Part shown: one piece after another, positions 63,078-64,000 of the stretch | How positions within the stretch are numbered: position 1 is the stretch's first letter | Layout: each line of letters opens with the position of its first letter | DNA from: Burkholderiales bacterium | GTDB lineage: Bacteria; Pseudomonadota; Gammaproteobacteria; Burkholderiales; SG8-39 | NCBI GenBank assembly: GCA_035689325.1 | Contig: DASSLQ010000194.1 | Span: forward strand, 499 to 64,498 | Direction of reading: 5' to 3' | Length of the DNA: 64,000 nucleotides | Notes under the pieces: model-generated | Told to the model about the DNA's origin: nothing | The model's database searches: none | What the model saw: only the letters and a program-made list of their open reading frames with translations | Translations under genes and position numbers: made by a program

Positions 63078-63955
63078 ACGCGCACGGTGCGGCCGAAGAT
63101 GCCCTGCGGCCGGGCGAGGAGCATCGCGATCATCACGATGAACGCGATCGCATCGCGAAGCGCCGCGTTGCCAAGACCCCCGGCGTAGCTCTCGGCGAGG
63201 CCGAGCGCGAGCCCGGCGATCGCTGCGCCCCAGACGTTGCCCATGCCGCCGATGATGACGACGGCGAAGCTCTTCACCACGACCTCGCTGCCCATGTTGG
63301 GATAGAGATCGAAGAGCGGCGAGATCGTGACGCCCGCAAGCCCGACGAGCGCCGCGGCGAGGGCGCCGGTCCAGCGCGCGACCCGCCGGCCATCGATGCC
63401 GACCATCAGGCAGGCCTCGGGGTTCTGCGCCATGGCGCGCATGGCGCGCCCGATCTCGCTGTAGCGAAGAAAGCTCCAGAGCGCGGTGAAAGCGACCAGG
63501 AACGTGCCGGCGACGAGCAGCCGCTGCCCGAAGAGCAGCACGCCGCCGAGGTCGAGCGACAGGTTCTCGAGCGGCGCCGAGATGTCGAGCGGCGTCGCGC
63601 CGAAGATGAGCCGCACGGCGTTCTGCAGGATGATGCCGAGGGCGAGCGTACCGAGTACCACGGCTTCGAAGCCGCGCTCCAGGTTCGGCACGATTATGAG
63701 CTGAGCGAGGAGCGCGCCGAACGCGCTCATGAGCGCGATGGTGGCGAGCGCTCCCGGCCAGTAAGGCAGGCCCAGGCTGCGCATCACCCAATAGAGCAGG
63801 AAGGCGGCGAGCATGTAGAGCTCGCCGTGCGCGAAATTGACCTGGCCGAGGATGCCGAAGATGAGCGCCAGCCCGATCGCGGCGAGCGCGTAGCCGAGGC
63901 CGACCGAGAGGCCGTTCGCCGCGAGCTGCGCGAGGAAAAGCGGGTCGGTCGCCAC
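63074..63955 (-). CDS. livH: HAAT ABC transporter permease, LivH-like
   Basis: The 293-aa product includes GLGYALAAIGLALIFGILGQVNFAHGELYML. It has a GTG start. Confidence 0.9.
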   Translation of the reverse strand: MATDPLFLAQLAANGLSVGLGYALAAIGLALIFGILGQVNFAHGELYMLAAFLLYWVMRSLGLPYWPGALATIALMSAFGALLAQLIIVPNLERGFEAVVLGTLALGIILQNAVRLIFGATPLDISAPLENLSLDLGGVLLFGQRLLVAGTFLVAFTALWSFLRYSEIGRAMRAMAQNPEACLMVGIDGRRVARWTGALAAALVGLAGVTISPLFDLYPNMGSEVVVKSFAVVIIGGMGNVWGAAIAGLALGLAESYAGGLGNAALRDAIAFIVMIAMLLARPQGIFGRTVRV

Positions 63956-63964
63956 GCCGGGCGC

Positions 63965-64000
63965 TACTTGGCGGAGACGAGCTCCTTCACGGTTGGCGTG
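63965..64000 (-). CDS. 3' end of an upstream gene; by operon context possibly the cognate binding protein
   Basis: Only 11 codons are visible (...TPTVKELVSAK-TAG). The call rests on position 9 nt upstream of livH alone. Confidence 0.3.

Overview
The window is a very GC-rich, gene-dense chromosomal segment. I call about 58 protein-coding genes on both strands, many joined by 1-8 nt start/stop overlaps. I found no rRNA, tRNA, CRISPR array, transposase or integrase. Gene content points to a Betaproteobacteria/Burkholderiales-like organism (Bug/TctC binding proteins, TctAB, a PilG/H/I/J-ChpA cluster, a five-step hut pathway using HutF and HutG); this is inference, since I cannot search.

Layout:
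- 1-6088 (-): a translationally coupled acyl-CoA operon of unknown function.
- 6140-14473 (+): one long operon holding a TRAP transporter, three enzymes and a TctBAC transporter.
- 14524-17204: a two-subunit molybdenum hydroxylase.
- 17201-19110 (-): an acyl-CoA dehydrogenase plus a citrate-synthase-like protein.
- 19237-29769 (+): a Pil-Chp-type chemosensory operon.
- 29782-46850: fatty-acid/ETF metabolism (SDR, ADP-forming CoA ligase, etfBA, acyl-CoA dehydrogenase, ETF-QO, thioesterase, acetoacetyl-CoA synthetase), interleaved with second-messenger proteins (an MscS channel with a cNMP domain, REC-GAF-GGDEF-EAL, and an HK-remnant-REC).
- 46956-57223: a hut locus (hutF, hutI, hutG, hutH, hutU) split by a PQQ dehydrogenase/cytochrome c insert.
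- 57273-64000: two ABC transporters and a hydrolase.

Most interesting observations:
1. The Pil-Chp operon has a periplasmic type-1 binding protein translationally coupled between pilI and pilJ. It ends in a Hanks-type Ser/Thr kinase fused to a cyclic-nucleotide-binding domain.
2. An acyl-CoA operon is built around a thiolase-like protein and a DUF35-SDR fusion. By eye, both have lost their canonical catalytic residues.
3. Eleven start codons with no Shine-Dalgarno sequence have a -10-like hexamer 6, 7 or 9 nt upstream. Several lie in palindromes that serve both genes of a divergent pair, so these are candidate leaderless transcripts.
4. There are four ORF-integrity anomalies: an in-frame TGA in dctM, an in-frame TAG in a small ORF, and two genes whose conserved N-termini lie upstream of any ATG/GTG/TTG.
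5. The PQQ dehydrogenase carries the D-x-D signature associated with lanthanide dependence.

All functional calls come from reading the translated ORFs by eye. No database search was possible.
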